Virus record (IMG/VR): IMGVR_UViG_3300010885_031309 | Direction: 5' to 3' (one strand) | Source of the DNA: a virus | Lineage: Duplodnaviria; Caudoviricetes | DNA: 64,000 nt | Part shown: piece by piece, positions 8,101-17,004 of the stretch | Numbering within the stretch: the first letter of the stretch is position 1 | Layout of the letters: each line of letters opens with the position of its first letter | Made by a program: the position numbers and the translations under genes | The notes under the pieces: generated by a model | Database searches by the model: none | What the model was told of the DNA's origin: nothing | Seen by the model: the letters and a program-made list of their open reading frames with translations, nothing else

Positions 8101-11100
8101 TTATATTGCGGGAGGAGCAGTCTCTGGGCCAACTGCTGGCGGTGCACCCACTGGAGCAGTAACTTCTGGAGAGATACCTGGCATCTGCTCTTGACCCTCT
8201 GGAGGAATATTTTCTGCCGTTTCGGTGTCACTTTCAATGTCACTAGTGCTTAGTCCAATACTACGCAAATCTGTGCCCTTTGCTGTTTTTTCTTCGTCTT
8301 CTGGTTTACTATGCTCTTCATGCCATAACTTCTCGTTCTTCTTTATTTCTTCTTGACTTAGGCCCAAAAATCTTTCCATTGCAAATCTAGTAGATATGTA
8401 TGGTAGCTGTGCCACTGAATTAAACACATTTACTCTGACTTGATCAATTTCACTTTGACGATACGCTGCGAAATTTTGAGGGGGGTTAAATTTTAAATCA
8501 AATAAACCAGCGTCTATATTGAATCCACGCCAGCGTAAGAATAACTTGAACTCTTCATTCAATTTGCGAGCAATGTAACCCTGCAAACGCTCACAATATT
8601 GATTGAAACGATACTCTTGTATTAGTGCAGTTCCTACTTTTCCGTCTACTAATGGTCGCTCACTATCTTCTGGACCAGTTGGTAGATAACTACTTGGTAC
8701 ACGCAATCCTCGTGCAAGTCTGTTGTTGAAGTATCTAAGATCATCTATTTCCCCTAGATTGCTATTTTTCGTAAATACGCCAACGCTCAGGGCAAAAGTA
8801 TGATAATCATGATATATTTCATCGCCGTCAATTGTCAACGTGCCAACTGAGATCTCTTCTTCTAACCACTCAAGGGCAGCTACTCGGTGATTGTGCACGC
8901 TTTCTTTCACACGAAAGTCTTTCCATGACTTATATCCAAATTGTTGCACTAGTGAACGTCTGATGTTTCCTGGAGTGAACCCTTCTTCAACCTTCCAGTT
9001 ACGAACTTGTTTATCTTTGTTCAGTTCAACTAACTTATCTCGTAGAGATGACTTGTTCAATTCAGCAGCGATATTGTCAGCAGTTACTTCATGCGTAGTT
9101 TTTCCCTTGACCATATCAATAACAAACTTCAGCATGTCATGTGTATACTCAACTCGCTGTCTATCACTGTGCTTCTTCTTGCGCTCTTTGCCGCGCTCGT
9201 CGCTCCAATTGATGTAGTTCCATTCTCTGGTTTGATATGCACGTTGTTCACGAAGTTTCTCGGTCCACCCTGCACTCTGCTGCTGACAAACCCATGCATG
9301 GTATTCTTCATCAGTGCGCATTTTTTCTAGTTTTCGTGATGAGGCAATTTTGAATGCATCACGCGAATTTTGTGCTCTAGATTCACGATCATCTTCAGAT
9401 AGAGATTCAATATATTTTTTTATCGAGGCGCTCATCTTGTCCGTTATGAGCTGGCGTTCTTCATCAGTAAGATTGCTCCAGAACTGTCTAAGACCATCGA
9501 CAAAGTTTTCTTTTTGTTCAGGTGTTGTGTTTTCCCATCGTTTTTTTTGCGCTATTGAATTATTCTTGCAAATTTTCCTATATTCATTTATATTATTTTC
9601 TTTGATAATTTGAATTCGCTGTGTGTTGTGGTCAGCGTGATACTTGATATGGTCACTGAATGACATCCAGCATAGATTTTGCGGATCATTGTTGAATCTA
9701 TTGAAGTCTTTATGATGTCTGACTTCATACAATCCATTACTGGTGGACGAATCATGAACATGATAACACACGAGGGTATCTTTTAGATAGTCAGCGACTG
9801 TTCGGTGAGTAAACTTCCACTCTTTTGCCTCATTGTCGTAATACTGTTCATATTCATTTTTGCTTTTTCCAAGATATTCTTTCTTTCTATATAGAGGAAT
9901 CATACTGTCGCCCACAACAAATTCGTCGGCGCGCTTGAATTCTTGTTCATATACTGGAAATTTATGTTCCGGTGTACAGATAATATGCTCACCGTTATCA
10001 AGAGTAATCTTTAGCACTTTCGCACGAGGCTTAGTTACGCCGGCCCATGTAATTAGTCCAGGGACTACTTTTCCAGTAAGTGGCTCACAACTGTATGTCC
10101 ATAGCTGTTTGCCAGTTTTCATTTCACTTTCAATTTCAGCAATAGATAGTTCTCTGCCATCCAATAACGAAACTCTAGTATCCATGCTAAAACATCCGCC
10201 CGGCAGTGTAGTAACATCACTACCACGACCGTCTGCTGTTACTGGAAAGAAGTAGTCCTCATTGATTGAGTTTTTAATGAAGATTCCAGAATCAATCGCA
10301 AAAGTATGATAGTTGTGCCATCTTTCGGTTCCATCAATAGTTATAGTGCCGGTATCACGATTGCTAACTCGCTCAATACTTACTACGCGATGGTTAAACT
10401 GTTCAATTGAGCTAACGAAATGTTTCCAATTTTTATATCCGAATTGTGTAATTAGACGATTAATTTTCTTTTCGCCAAATTGATTCAAATTAATTTTATT
10501 TTGCGTAGCACTATCACTCATCTCAGAGTTGTGCTGTCTTACAAGTTCAAGTAGCTTTTCATCGCTTGAACACAAATCAATAATTTTCTTTTTGTTTTTA
10601 CCGTGAGCTTTGACTTTTTCTACTACTAACTGAAGCATGTCAAATGTCATCGTGAGCTTTTGGTTATTAAACTTTACTCTGTTTTCTAAATTTTTATTAA
10701 GTTGCTGGGCAAAAGCTGGATTATTTTTAATATATTCTTTTCTGGACTTACTTGCATTTATTGAATATTTTGCTGCATGTTCTGAGTCATTATTGCGAAG
10801 CCACACTGCTTTAGTCTGCGCTGCACGAATGCGGTACAGAGCAATATGACGCTCATGCTCGGTCATTATATTCCAGTTCTGTTTTACAGTTTCTGAAATT
10901 TTACCAGTAAGCTCAGCACGATATTCTTCTGTCATGGTTTTCCAAAAATCAGATTCCTGTGCAGCGTGATACAGTATATGATCCTTCTTGTTCATGTATG
11001 TTAGATTGCGCGGATCATTATTGAATCTGTTATAATCACGGTGATGTATTACTGTTTTTTCTGCGCCAATATTTTCTGAAAGATATGTATACTCTTGATG

Positions 11101-12555
11101 TTTTTCAATCTTTCTAAAAAACTCGCCTACCATGCGATGAGTCCACACCCACTCGCGAGTTTCATGATCCCATACTTGTTGATATTCGCTTGATTTTTCA
11201 CCACTGATTTTTTCGTTTCTCACATTGAACGCTATCAGACTATCTTCTGCTGTCAAATTTTGTGCTTCAACAAATCCTTTGCCGAATACTGGAATTTTGT
11301 GATCAGGTGTGCATGTTAAAGTTTTTCCATTATCTAGTGTTACTTTGATAACTTCGGTGTTCTTGCGTGTAATACCTGCCCAGTTAATTACACCTGGTAC
11401 TACTTTACCAGTGACTGGATCACAACTATAGGTCCAGTTTTCTTTACCAGATTCAAACTCACGAATTAACTCCTGTAATTCCAGAGTTCGTCCATCCAAT
11501 AGTGGAATTCGTGTACTTAAATCCAAGCAAAGTGGATTATATGTAGCATCCATTACACTCTGTCCGCCATGAACACTTGGTATTCTTCGCTGATGAATTT
11601 CGTCTTTAATTCTATTAACGAATGCCATAGCCAAGTGACTTGGCATATTTCCAACATCTATTTTGAATATTCTGCGCTCTGGTGCCCGTTGAACACGATA
11701 TATTAGAATAGCGTCTTCTAATAATTCTTTCTGCTTATAAACTTTGAATATATTTTCAAGTATACTTTGTCCAAATGGCCAATAACGGTCAAGTCCTTCA
11801 GTCAAGCTAAGATGCACTACATGCTTAGCATCTATAGCAGCTTCGTTAATACCCAAGCTAAATCTACTGCCCGTGGTTCCATAAGGTTCGTTTGGAACAG
11901 TATAGCTGTATGGAGCACTGTACCCAGCGGTAGGTGGCTGTGCTTGAAAGTCAGTAGTAGTCTTTTCAGCAATACTTAAATTTTGTAAATTTGGATTAAT
12001 ATCTTTGATTACATACTGCTCAGGCTTCTTGCCCTCACTCTCGTTGACAATAACTTTGACGACCTTTGTCATGTCAGTCCAATACAGTTTGAAATTTTCT
12101 GGGTCACGAACAAAAACCTGATCACCGTACTTTACTGTGTTGCGAAATATCTTAAATATTCTGGTGTCCAACTCATTCAATTTACACCACTGCTGTAATT
12201 GCTTTACTACTAGTTCAACTTCAGTAGTAGTGGGATCATCATTAAACTGTATCTCAAACGGCGTATTGTTGTGTTCATTCATCTGTGTACTAAATTCAGA
12301 AAGAATGTCCAAACATGCGTTTATTTCAGGATCCACATCCATCATTTCATACTGATTGTATCGCTCTATGCGATTTGGATGTCCTGTATAGACTTCTGGC
12401 AGTCTGCTTTGATAGTTTCTAAAAGCAAAATCATTGTTCCAGCCGCCAGTTGGTTCTTTATTCATACCAGCGTTCCATGAGCCGGTATTACTGTTCATAC
12501 CGCTTATTGGACTTAGTGAACCGTGTTGATTTGTGAATTTTCGTTTATATGACAT
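8101..12555 (-). CDS. gp20: Portal protein (T4 gp20 family) precursor with two inteins; spliced product ~587 aa
   Basis: Exteins carry EDAILIYRVQRAPERRIFKIDVGNMP, EDYFFP...LPGG and NLGEIDDLRYFNNRLARGLRVPSSYL. 1484 - 420 - 477 = 587 aa. Confidence 0.95.
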   Translation of the reverse strand: MSYKRKFTNQHGSLSPISGMNSNTGSWNAGMNKEPTGGWNNDFAFRNYQSRLPEVYTGHPNRIERYNQYEMMDVDPEINACLDILSEFSTQMNEHNNTPFEIQFNDDPTTTEVELVVKQLQQWCKLNELDTRIFKIFRNTVKYGDQVFVRDPENFKLYWTDMTKVVKVIVNESEGKKPEQYVIKDINPNLQNLSIAEKTTTDFQAQPPTAGYSAPYSYTVPNEPYGTTGSRFSLGINEAAIDAKHVVHLSLTEGLDRYWPFGQSILENIFKVYKQKELLEDAILIYRVQRAPERRIFKIDVGNMPSHLAMAFVNRIKDEIHQRRIPSVHGGQSVMDATYNPLCLDLSTRIPLLDGRTLELQELIREFESGKENWTYSCDPVTGKVVPGVINWAGITRKNTEVIKVTLDNGKTLTCTPDHKIPVFGKGFVEAQNLTAEDSLIAFNVRNEKISGEKSSEYQQVWDHETREWVWTHRMVGEFFRKIEKHQEYTYLSENIGAEKTVIHHRDYNRFNNDPRNLTYMNKKDHILYHAAQESDFWKTMTEEYRAELTGKISETVKQNWNIMTEHERHIALYRIRAAQTKAVWLRNNDSEHAAKYSINASKSRKEYIKNNPAFAQQLNKNLENRVKFNNQKLTMTFDMLQLVVEKVKAHGKNKKKIIDLCSSDEKLLELVRQHNSEMSDSATQNKINLNQFGEKKINRLITQFGYKNWKHFVSSIEQFNHRVVSIERVSNRDTGTITIDGTERWHNYHTFAIDSGIFIKNSINEDYFFPVTADGRGSDVTTLPGGCFSMDTRVSLLDGRELSIAEIESEMKTGKQLWTYSCEPLTGKVVPGLITWAGVTKPRAKVLKITLDNGEHIICTPEHKFPVYEQEFKRADEFVVGDSMIPLYRKKEYLGKSKNEYEQYYDNEAKEWKFTHRTVADYLKDTLVCYHVHDSSTSNGLYEVRHHKDFNRFNNDPQNLCWMSFSDHIKYHADHNTQRIQIIKENNINEYRKICKNNSIAQKKRWENTTPEQKENFVDGLRQFWSNLTDEERQLITDKMSASIKKYIESLSEDDRESRAQNSRDAFKIASSRKLEKMRTDEEYHAWVCQQQSAGWTEKLREQRAYQTREWNYINWSDERGKERKKKHSDRQRVEYTHDMLKFVIDMVKGKTTHEVTADNIAAELNKSSLRDKLVELNKDKQVRNWKVEEGFTPGNIRRSLVQQFGYKSWKDFRVKESVHNHRVAALEWLEEEISVGTLTIDGDEIYHDYHTFALSVGVFTKNSNLGEIDDLRYFNNRLARGLRVPSSYLPTGPEDSERPLVDGKVGTALIQEYRFNQYCERLQGYIARKLNEEFKLFLRWRGFNIDAGLFDLKFNPPQNFAAYRQSEIDQVRVNVFNSVAQLPYISTRFAMERFLGLSQEEIKKNEKLWHEEHSKPEDEEKTAKGTDLRSIGLSTSDIESDTETAENIPPEGQEQMPGISPEVTAPVGAPPAVGPETAPPAI
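8764..10194 (-). mobile_element. Portal intein 2 (477 aa, HNH endonuclease)
   Basis: Junctions LPGG|CFSMDTRV and GVFTKN|SNLGE; block B ICTPEHK; HNH motif RHHKDFNRFNNDPQNL...DHIKYH; +1 residue Ser. Confidence 0.92.
10270..11529 (-). mobile_element. Portal intein 1 (420 aa, HNH endonuclease)
   Basis: Junctions YNPL|CLDLSTRI and GIFIKN|SINED; block B TCTPDHK; HNH motif IHHRDYNRFNNDPRNL...DHILYH; +1 residue Ser. Confidence 0.92.
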
Positions 12556-12573
12556 GAGAGAACTGCTTTTAGT

Positions 12574-12581
12574 TATTTATC
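12574..12581 (-). promoter_or_regulatory. Late promoter (GATAAATA) for the portal gene
   Basis: TATTTATC 18 nt upstream of the portal ATG. Confidence 0.65.
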
Positions 12582-12625
12582 AAATTTTTTAATGAGTAAA
12601 TTTGTTAGTAACCAATACACGGTGT

Positions 12626-15499
12626 TTAAGCCATGTTACTTAACATATTTCGCTGAATGTTTTTAGTAGAATTTAATATATCACTCATAGCTCTTGCATG
12701 ATCATTGTTTATTTTTGATTGAGCAATCAGTTCCAACAATTTGTTGTTAGCAGCTTCTTGTGATTGTTTGAGTTCAGATATAGAATTTTTAAATATCTCA
12801 GCTAGATTTGCTATTTCAAAATTGTCTAAATTTTTTACTGAAGACATGTACTGTTGATTACGAATCTCAACTGGCATAGAGTCGGCGAATGCTGGAAGAT
12901 AATTATTTTTAATTTCAACTGGAATTGTTTTGTCATCCAATGTCACTCGTTGCTGCTGTGATTGATTGCGTATTTCAACTGGAATTGTTTTGTCATCCAA
13001 TGTCACTCGTTGCTGCTGTGATTGATTGCGTATTTCAACTGGAATAACTTCTGTTGAAAATTTCTGAATTAATTCGCTAATGTCAGATGATATTGACTTA
13101 ATATCAGCAAAATTGTTGTAATCATTGATTACATTAACTCTCATAGGATCAGAGAATTGTGGTAACGATTTATTCTGTATTTCAACTGGAATTGTTTTTC
13201 CATCCAATGTTAAAGTTCTAGCTTGATTACGAATTTCAACTGGTATTGTTCTACCATCTGGTAGCGGAACAACTGCTTCTGGTCCTGCTTCGCCGGCTAT
13301 TGATATACCGCGTGTAACTCCGCCGGCGGCCATTAACTCAGCGTGAAAATGCGGGCCGGTACCATGTTTCTGTCTATGATAAGCATCTTTTACGTCATTA
13401 AATCCAATACTTTTTAAGTATGCAACTATTCTATCGGAGTCCTCTGCCGTTGCTGGTCCTGGGTCCATAGTAAAGTCAACTGCTTTTCCAAGTTTGTGTT
13501 TACTAGTTTCAGTCTTGTTTTCTGGGTCCCAATGATATAGATCATTAAAAGCAGCAATAGTAGTACCAGGGAACTCCTTGGAGAATTTTTTCATCAATTC
13601 AATAACTTTGTCTTCGTTTGCAATTGCTTCTTTTTGTTGTTCTGCTGGGACTTTCTTAATTCCACCAACAGATTCCGCACTTTTAATTCTTAATCCACTG
13701 TATTTTTTGTCTAGTCCGGTTGTCCCAGATCCTAAATTCTGGTTTTGTCCAACTCCTGTTTTTTTCGTGTCTTCAAGTCTTATTTTTGCTGTTTCCTCGT
13801 CTGCTGTTTTTCTAGCTTCTGCGACTTTATCTTTTTTTCCTTCATGTTGTTTTCGCAATTCTACTAAAGATTTTTCACTTGAAATTATTTGATTTTGAAG
13901 ATCTTGAATTCTTCTTTCTCGTATATTTTTATCTGTTTTTGTCTCATCTGCTGGGGGGACATAAGTGTCCAGTTTGTGTTTTTCTTTTTTAAGTTTGTCT
14001 ACTTCTTTTTCTTGATCTATCAACGTTGACCTTGCCTTACGCTCATCATCAAGTACTTCATTTAATTTCAATCTTGCTTTAACATCAGCCGGAATTTCTT
14101 TGCCAGCGAGTTCATATAATTTTTCGGTAAGAAAATCAACTCCACTTGCCATCTTACTAATAGCCCAAGTAGCAGTATCGCTAGCTGTCCATAATTTTTC
14201 TAAAGTCACTCCAGTATTGTATAGTGACTGTTTTGCTTTTGCCAACTCTGCATTTTGGCCCTCAGTTTCCTTTAAGTTTTTTCGTTGCTCATCAGATAAT
14301 TTTTTAACTTCTTCTGGAGTTAATTCAGCACGATTAGCATAATTTCTGTTTTGTGCGAATGATTTAGTGTAAAGTGCTGCATCACCGATATATTGACCCA
14401 ATTGTCCCATTGGTCCAATAGTTTGTTTTAACGAAGCTCGTAATCGTCTATCAGCTTCAAATTGATCTATCGCTCCCGCTCTAAATTGAGCGATAATATC
14501 ACCAGCTACTCCCCCTGTTTGTTGAACTAATTGTTTGGCGGCATCAGTAGTAACCGATCCACTCATCATGTCTCTAAAACCCTGAGCTAAGTCTGGAGCA
14601 CTCTTTTGAATAATGATATTCAAATCATTAGCTGATTTTTGAACTGATTCTGGTAATTGTGCTAGCGCAGCAGCAAATCGCGTCTCACTCATAGCAGCAT
14701 CACGCTGAGCTTGAATATCTTTTCTATTCAAACCTGTTATCTTACTTAATTGATCCAACTCTTGGATATAAATTTTTGTACCATCTGCCAAGTCTTTTGT
14801 TTGTTTACCCTGTCTTAATCCCCAATTAGTTTGTTGAGAGATATAAGTCAACTGCATATCATTAAAATCTGCAACACCGATTCCCAATTTCTGGAAATCT
14901 TGTCTCATTAATCTACTCTCTGACGAGATTTGTTCAAATTCTTTTCTACCGGCTACGGCAGATCCGCCAAAATTACTTAATTCTTTACTGAATTTTGTTA
15001 GTGTCTTGGCACTATCACCATAATTCATTCCAGTTCGTTCTAAGATTTCATTTAAATCTAAAAACGACTGTACTGTTCCAACTTCAGATAGTTGCTCAAA
15101 AATCGTGTAAGCGCGGTCAAAATTCTTGGTTAATTCTTTTGCAACTTCCCCGCCAGCTTCTAGAAATCCCTTGGCAATGCCAGAAAAAGGCCCAAGTATT
15201 CCGGCAAGCGATGATAATCCCTTTACAGTAAGATCTATGACACCGTTTAGTGCAGTAAATGATCCTCCTCCCTGCTGAAACTGATTACTCAGTGACAGTA
15301 AATTATTCGCAACACGTTGAATAGCTGCGGCTTGTTTTTCGTATGACTCTTTTCTCTTCTTATCTAGCTTCTCTGATTCACCAACAGAAGACTCAACTGC
15401 ATTTTGAACCAAACCGCCAGTAGTGCGAGCAGCCGCACCTAGAGCTTGTAAACCGCGTATCGCTTCTTCAATAGAGTCTGGATCAAAATTAGTAGTCAT
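12626..15499 (-). CDS. Probable tape-measure protein with LAS/M15-type peptidoglycan peptidase domain
   Basis: 957 aa with a long helical Ala/Gly/Gln-rich N-terminal region. Zinc motif H-x6-D (HKLGKAVD) plus HxH (GPHFH), followed by IAGEAGPEAVVPL. Adjacent to the chaperone-like pair. Confidence 0.7.
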   Translation of the reverse strand: MTTNFDPDSIEEAIRGLQALGAAARTTGGLVQNAVESSVGESEKLDKKRKESYEKQAAAIQRVANNLLSLSNQFQQGGGSFTALNGVIDLTVKGLSSLAGILGPFSGIAKGFLEAGGEVAKELTKNFDRAYTIFEQLSEVGTVQSFLDLNEILERTGMNYGDSAKTLTKFSKELSNFGGSAVAGRKEFEQISSESRLMRQDFQKLGIGVADFNDMQLTYISQQTNWGLRQGKQTKDLADGTKIYIQELDQLSKITGLNRKDIQAQRDAAMSETRFAAALAQLPESVQKSANDLNIIIQKSAPDLAQGFRDMMSGSVTTDAAKQLVQQTGGVAGDIIAQFRAGAIDQFEADRRLRASLKQTIGPMGQLGQYIGDAALYTKSFAQNRNYANRAELTPEEVKKLSDEQRKNLKETEGQNAELAKAKQSLYNTGVTLEKLWTASDTATWAISKMASGVDFLTEKLYELAGKEIPADVKARLKLNEVLDDERKARSTLIDQEKEVDKLKKEKHKLDTYVPPADETKTDKNIRERRIQDLQNQIISSEKSLVELRKQHEGKKDKVAEARKTADEETAKIRLEDTKKTGVGQNQNLGSGTTGLDKKYSGLRIKSAESVGGIKKVPAEQQKEAIANEDKVIELMKKFSKEFPGTTIAAFNDLYHWDPENKTETSKHKLGKAVDFTMDPGPATAEDSDRIVAYLKSIGFNDVKDAYHRQKHGTGPHFHAELMAAGGVTRGISIAGEAGPEAVVPLPDGRTIPVEIRNQARTLTLDGKTIPVEIQNKSLPQFSDPMRVNVINDYNNFADIKSISSDISELIQKFSTEVIPVEIRNQSQQQRVTLDDKTIPVEIRNQSQQQRVTLDDKTIPVEIKNNYLPAFADSMPVEIRNQQYMSSVKNLDNFEIANLAEIFKNSISELKQSQEAANNKLLELIAQSKINNDHARAMSDILNSTKNIQRNMLSNMA
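12912..13045 (-). repeat. Perfect 60-nt tandem repeat (~2.2 copies) encoding IPVEIRNQSQQQRVTLDDKT
   Basis: atttcaactggaattgttttgtcatccaatgtcactcgttgctgctgtgattgattgcgt repeated; degenerate PVEI motifs near 12870, 13180 and 13235. Confidence 0.9.
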
Positions 15500-15508
15500 A
15501 TTTTACCA

Positions 15509-15531
15509 AATAAATAATATAAGTATTTATC
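15509..15531. promoter_or_regulatory. Overlapping divergent late promoters (AATAAATA plus; GATAAATA minus)
   Basis: AATAAATA at 15509-15516 and TATTTATC at 15524-15531 in the short gap between the tape-measure and gp26-like genes. Confidence 0.6.
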
Positions 15532-15560
15532 AATATTAAAATTAGCAAACAGGACACAAC

Positions 15561-16385
15561 ATGACCAACAATCCACTACAGCAATATTTTCGCAGACCAG
15601 CAATTTATATTAAGCTTCCGAGTCAAAACAAATATTATGATCAAAGCGTCATTGAACCAACTCAAACAGGAGAATTACCAGTCTATCCAATGACTGCACT
15701 GGATGAAATAACCAGTAAGACTCCAGACGCAGTGTTTAACGGACACGCAGTAGTAGATATTATTCATAGCTGCATGCCAAATATTAAAAACGCATGGGAG
15801 ATCAACAGTGTTGATCTGGACGCTATTCTTATTGCAATCAAAGTAGCCAGCACTGGTGAAAAAATGGAGATTGGAACGGTCTGTCCAAATTGCAGCACTG
15901 ATGCAACATACGATATCAGTCTAATTCAAGTGTTAAGTCAACAGCAGAATGTTGACTATGAAAAAACATTAAAAATCAGAGAATTGGAAATTAAGTTCAA
16001 ACCACTTTCATTTGCAGAAGCAAACAAAAACAATCTGGCACAGTTTGAATTACAAAAATTCCTACGAGACAGTCAATCTTATGAAGATAGTCCTGAAAAG
16101 GAACAAACAATACGCGATACTATCACCAAGTTGAATTCTCTTTTTTCAGAGATTATTAGTGGAACTGTAGAGTACATTAAAACTCCAGAATCTACTGTAC
16201 ACGAGAGAGAATTTATTAATGAGTTTATGAATAACTGTGATAGAAATACCAACTTAGCGATTCGCGAATTCAGTGTTCAATTGCGAAACGAAAATCAATT
16301 GAAACCACTGAATATAAAATGCATGCATTGCTCACATGAGTACACACAGCAATTAATATTGAATATCACTGATTTTTTCGCTTAA
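15561..16385 (+). CDS. gp26: Baseplate hub assembly / tail chaperone protein (T4 gp26-like)
   Basis: NPLQQYFRRPAIYIKLPS, ELPVYPMTALDEI, DLDAILIAIKVAS, two CxxC pairs (CPNC, CMHC) and terminal DFF. Confidence 0.8.
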   Translation: MTNNPLQQYFRRPAIYIKLPSQNKYYDQSVIEPTQTGELPVYPMTALDEITSKTPDAVFNGHAVVDIIHSCMPNIKNAWEINSVDLDAILIAIKVASTGEKMEIGTVCPNCSTDATYDISLIQVLSQQQNVDYEKTLKIRELEIKFKPLSFAEANKNNLAQFELQKFLRDSQSYEDSPEKEQTIRDTITKLNSLFSEIISGTVEYIKTPESTVHEREFINEFMNNCDRNTNLAIREFSVQLRNENQLKPLNIKCMHCSHEYTQQLILNITDFFA

Positions 16386-16422
16386 AGCTTCTATCATTGG
16401 ATCATGCCGAAATGAAGAAGCT
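16373..16422 (+). promoter_or_regulatory. Candidate -1 ribosomal frameshift signal (T TTT TTC, 6-nt spacer, hairpin)
   Basis: GAT TTT TTC gives an in-frame X XXY YYZ heptamer. Hairpin agcttc(16386-91)/gaagct(16417-22) with inner tcatt/aatga and gg/cc. Confidence 0.65.
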
Positions 16423-16609
16423 GGGCGAAGTCATGTGGCATGAAGCACTTGGCATCAAGGCTCAAGCAATTAAAATGGCTTGGTATACCCGAGGTAGCAT
16501 GCAATATGTAGATGTACTTAATTTGAGCAAAGACGAATTGGATCAGCTAAGTAAATTAGTTGATTCCAATATGGAAACTACTAAGAAGACCAAATTACCA
16601 TTCTTCTAA
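16379..16609 (+). CDS. gp51: gp51-like chaperone C-terminal module; probably made as a -1 frameshift extension of the gp26-like ORF
   Basis: The -1 frame is open from 16373 (after TGA at 16370) to TAA at 16607-16609; no RBS before TTG 16397 or ATG 16412. Encodes WYTRGSMQYVDVLNLSKDELDQL. Confidence 0.65.
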   Translation, partial: RLKLLSLDHAEMKKLGEVMWHEALGIKAQAIKMAWYTRGSMQYVDVLNLSKDELDQLSKLVDSNMETTKKTKLPFF

Positions 16610-16633
16610 TTTAGAATGGGCTGCAGCCCATTC

Positions 16634-16670
16634 GCCAGCAGCCTATCGGCGTGCTGGCTTTTTTCTTTTT
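16634..16670 (+). terminator. Intrinsic terminator after the gp26/gp51 unit
   Basis: gccagca-gcctatcggcg-tgctggc-ttttttcttttt. Confidence 0.75.
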
Positions 16671-16694
16671 GTAATCTCTCTCTGTTATATATTA

Positions 16695-16990
16695 ATTAGA
16701 TGTATTTCCGTGATTTATGACAGCCATATATGTGATGCGTATTTCAGTGAGATATCTTAGTGACATATTAGTGATGTCTTAGTTATATCTCTCAATAATG
16801 CGTGTGTGATGTATTTCAGTTATGTCTTAGTGATTCATATGAATTAGTAGTCTGATATCTGTACAGATGTATTTCAGTGATATCAGTAAAAACTAAATTA
16901 GTTGAAAAGAAGTCTGTTTGTGTCAGTCGGAGAGCGCAGCGAGAAGAACTGACACAAACATGGCTGTTGAGCAAAGCGAGACAGCCAACT
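16695..16990. repeat. Direct-repeat and palindrome cluster (candidate replication origin)
   Basis: Four copies of gatgtatttc(a/c)gt(g/t)a near 16699, 16734, 16808 and 16866. Palindromes attcatatgaat, atctgtacagat and aactaaattagtt. 13-bp perfect inverted repeat tgtttgtgtcagt (16915-27) / actgacacaaaca (16948-60). Confidence 0.6.
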
Positions 16991-17004
16991 GACTGTAATT
17001 ATTT

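Noticed and set aside
431-15231. Antisense ORFs inside fibre, head, portal and tape-measure genes (e.g. 4774-5046, 4982-5350, 7286-7603, 8891-9613, 9860-10255, 13578-13892)
   Set aside because: Shadow frames of well-supported genes on the opposite strand, with Ser/Leu/Phe-rich low-information sequence.
16695-16890. CRISPR array
   Set aside because: Repeats are only ~15 nt, degenerate and irregularly spaced, with self-similar intervening sequence; no cas genes.
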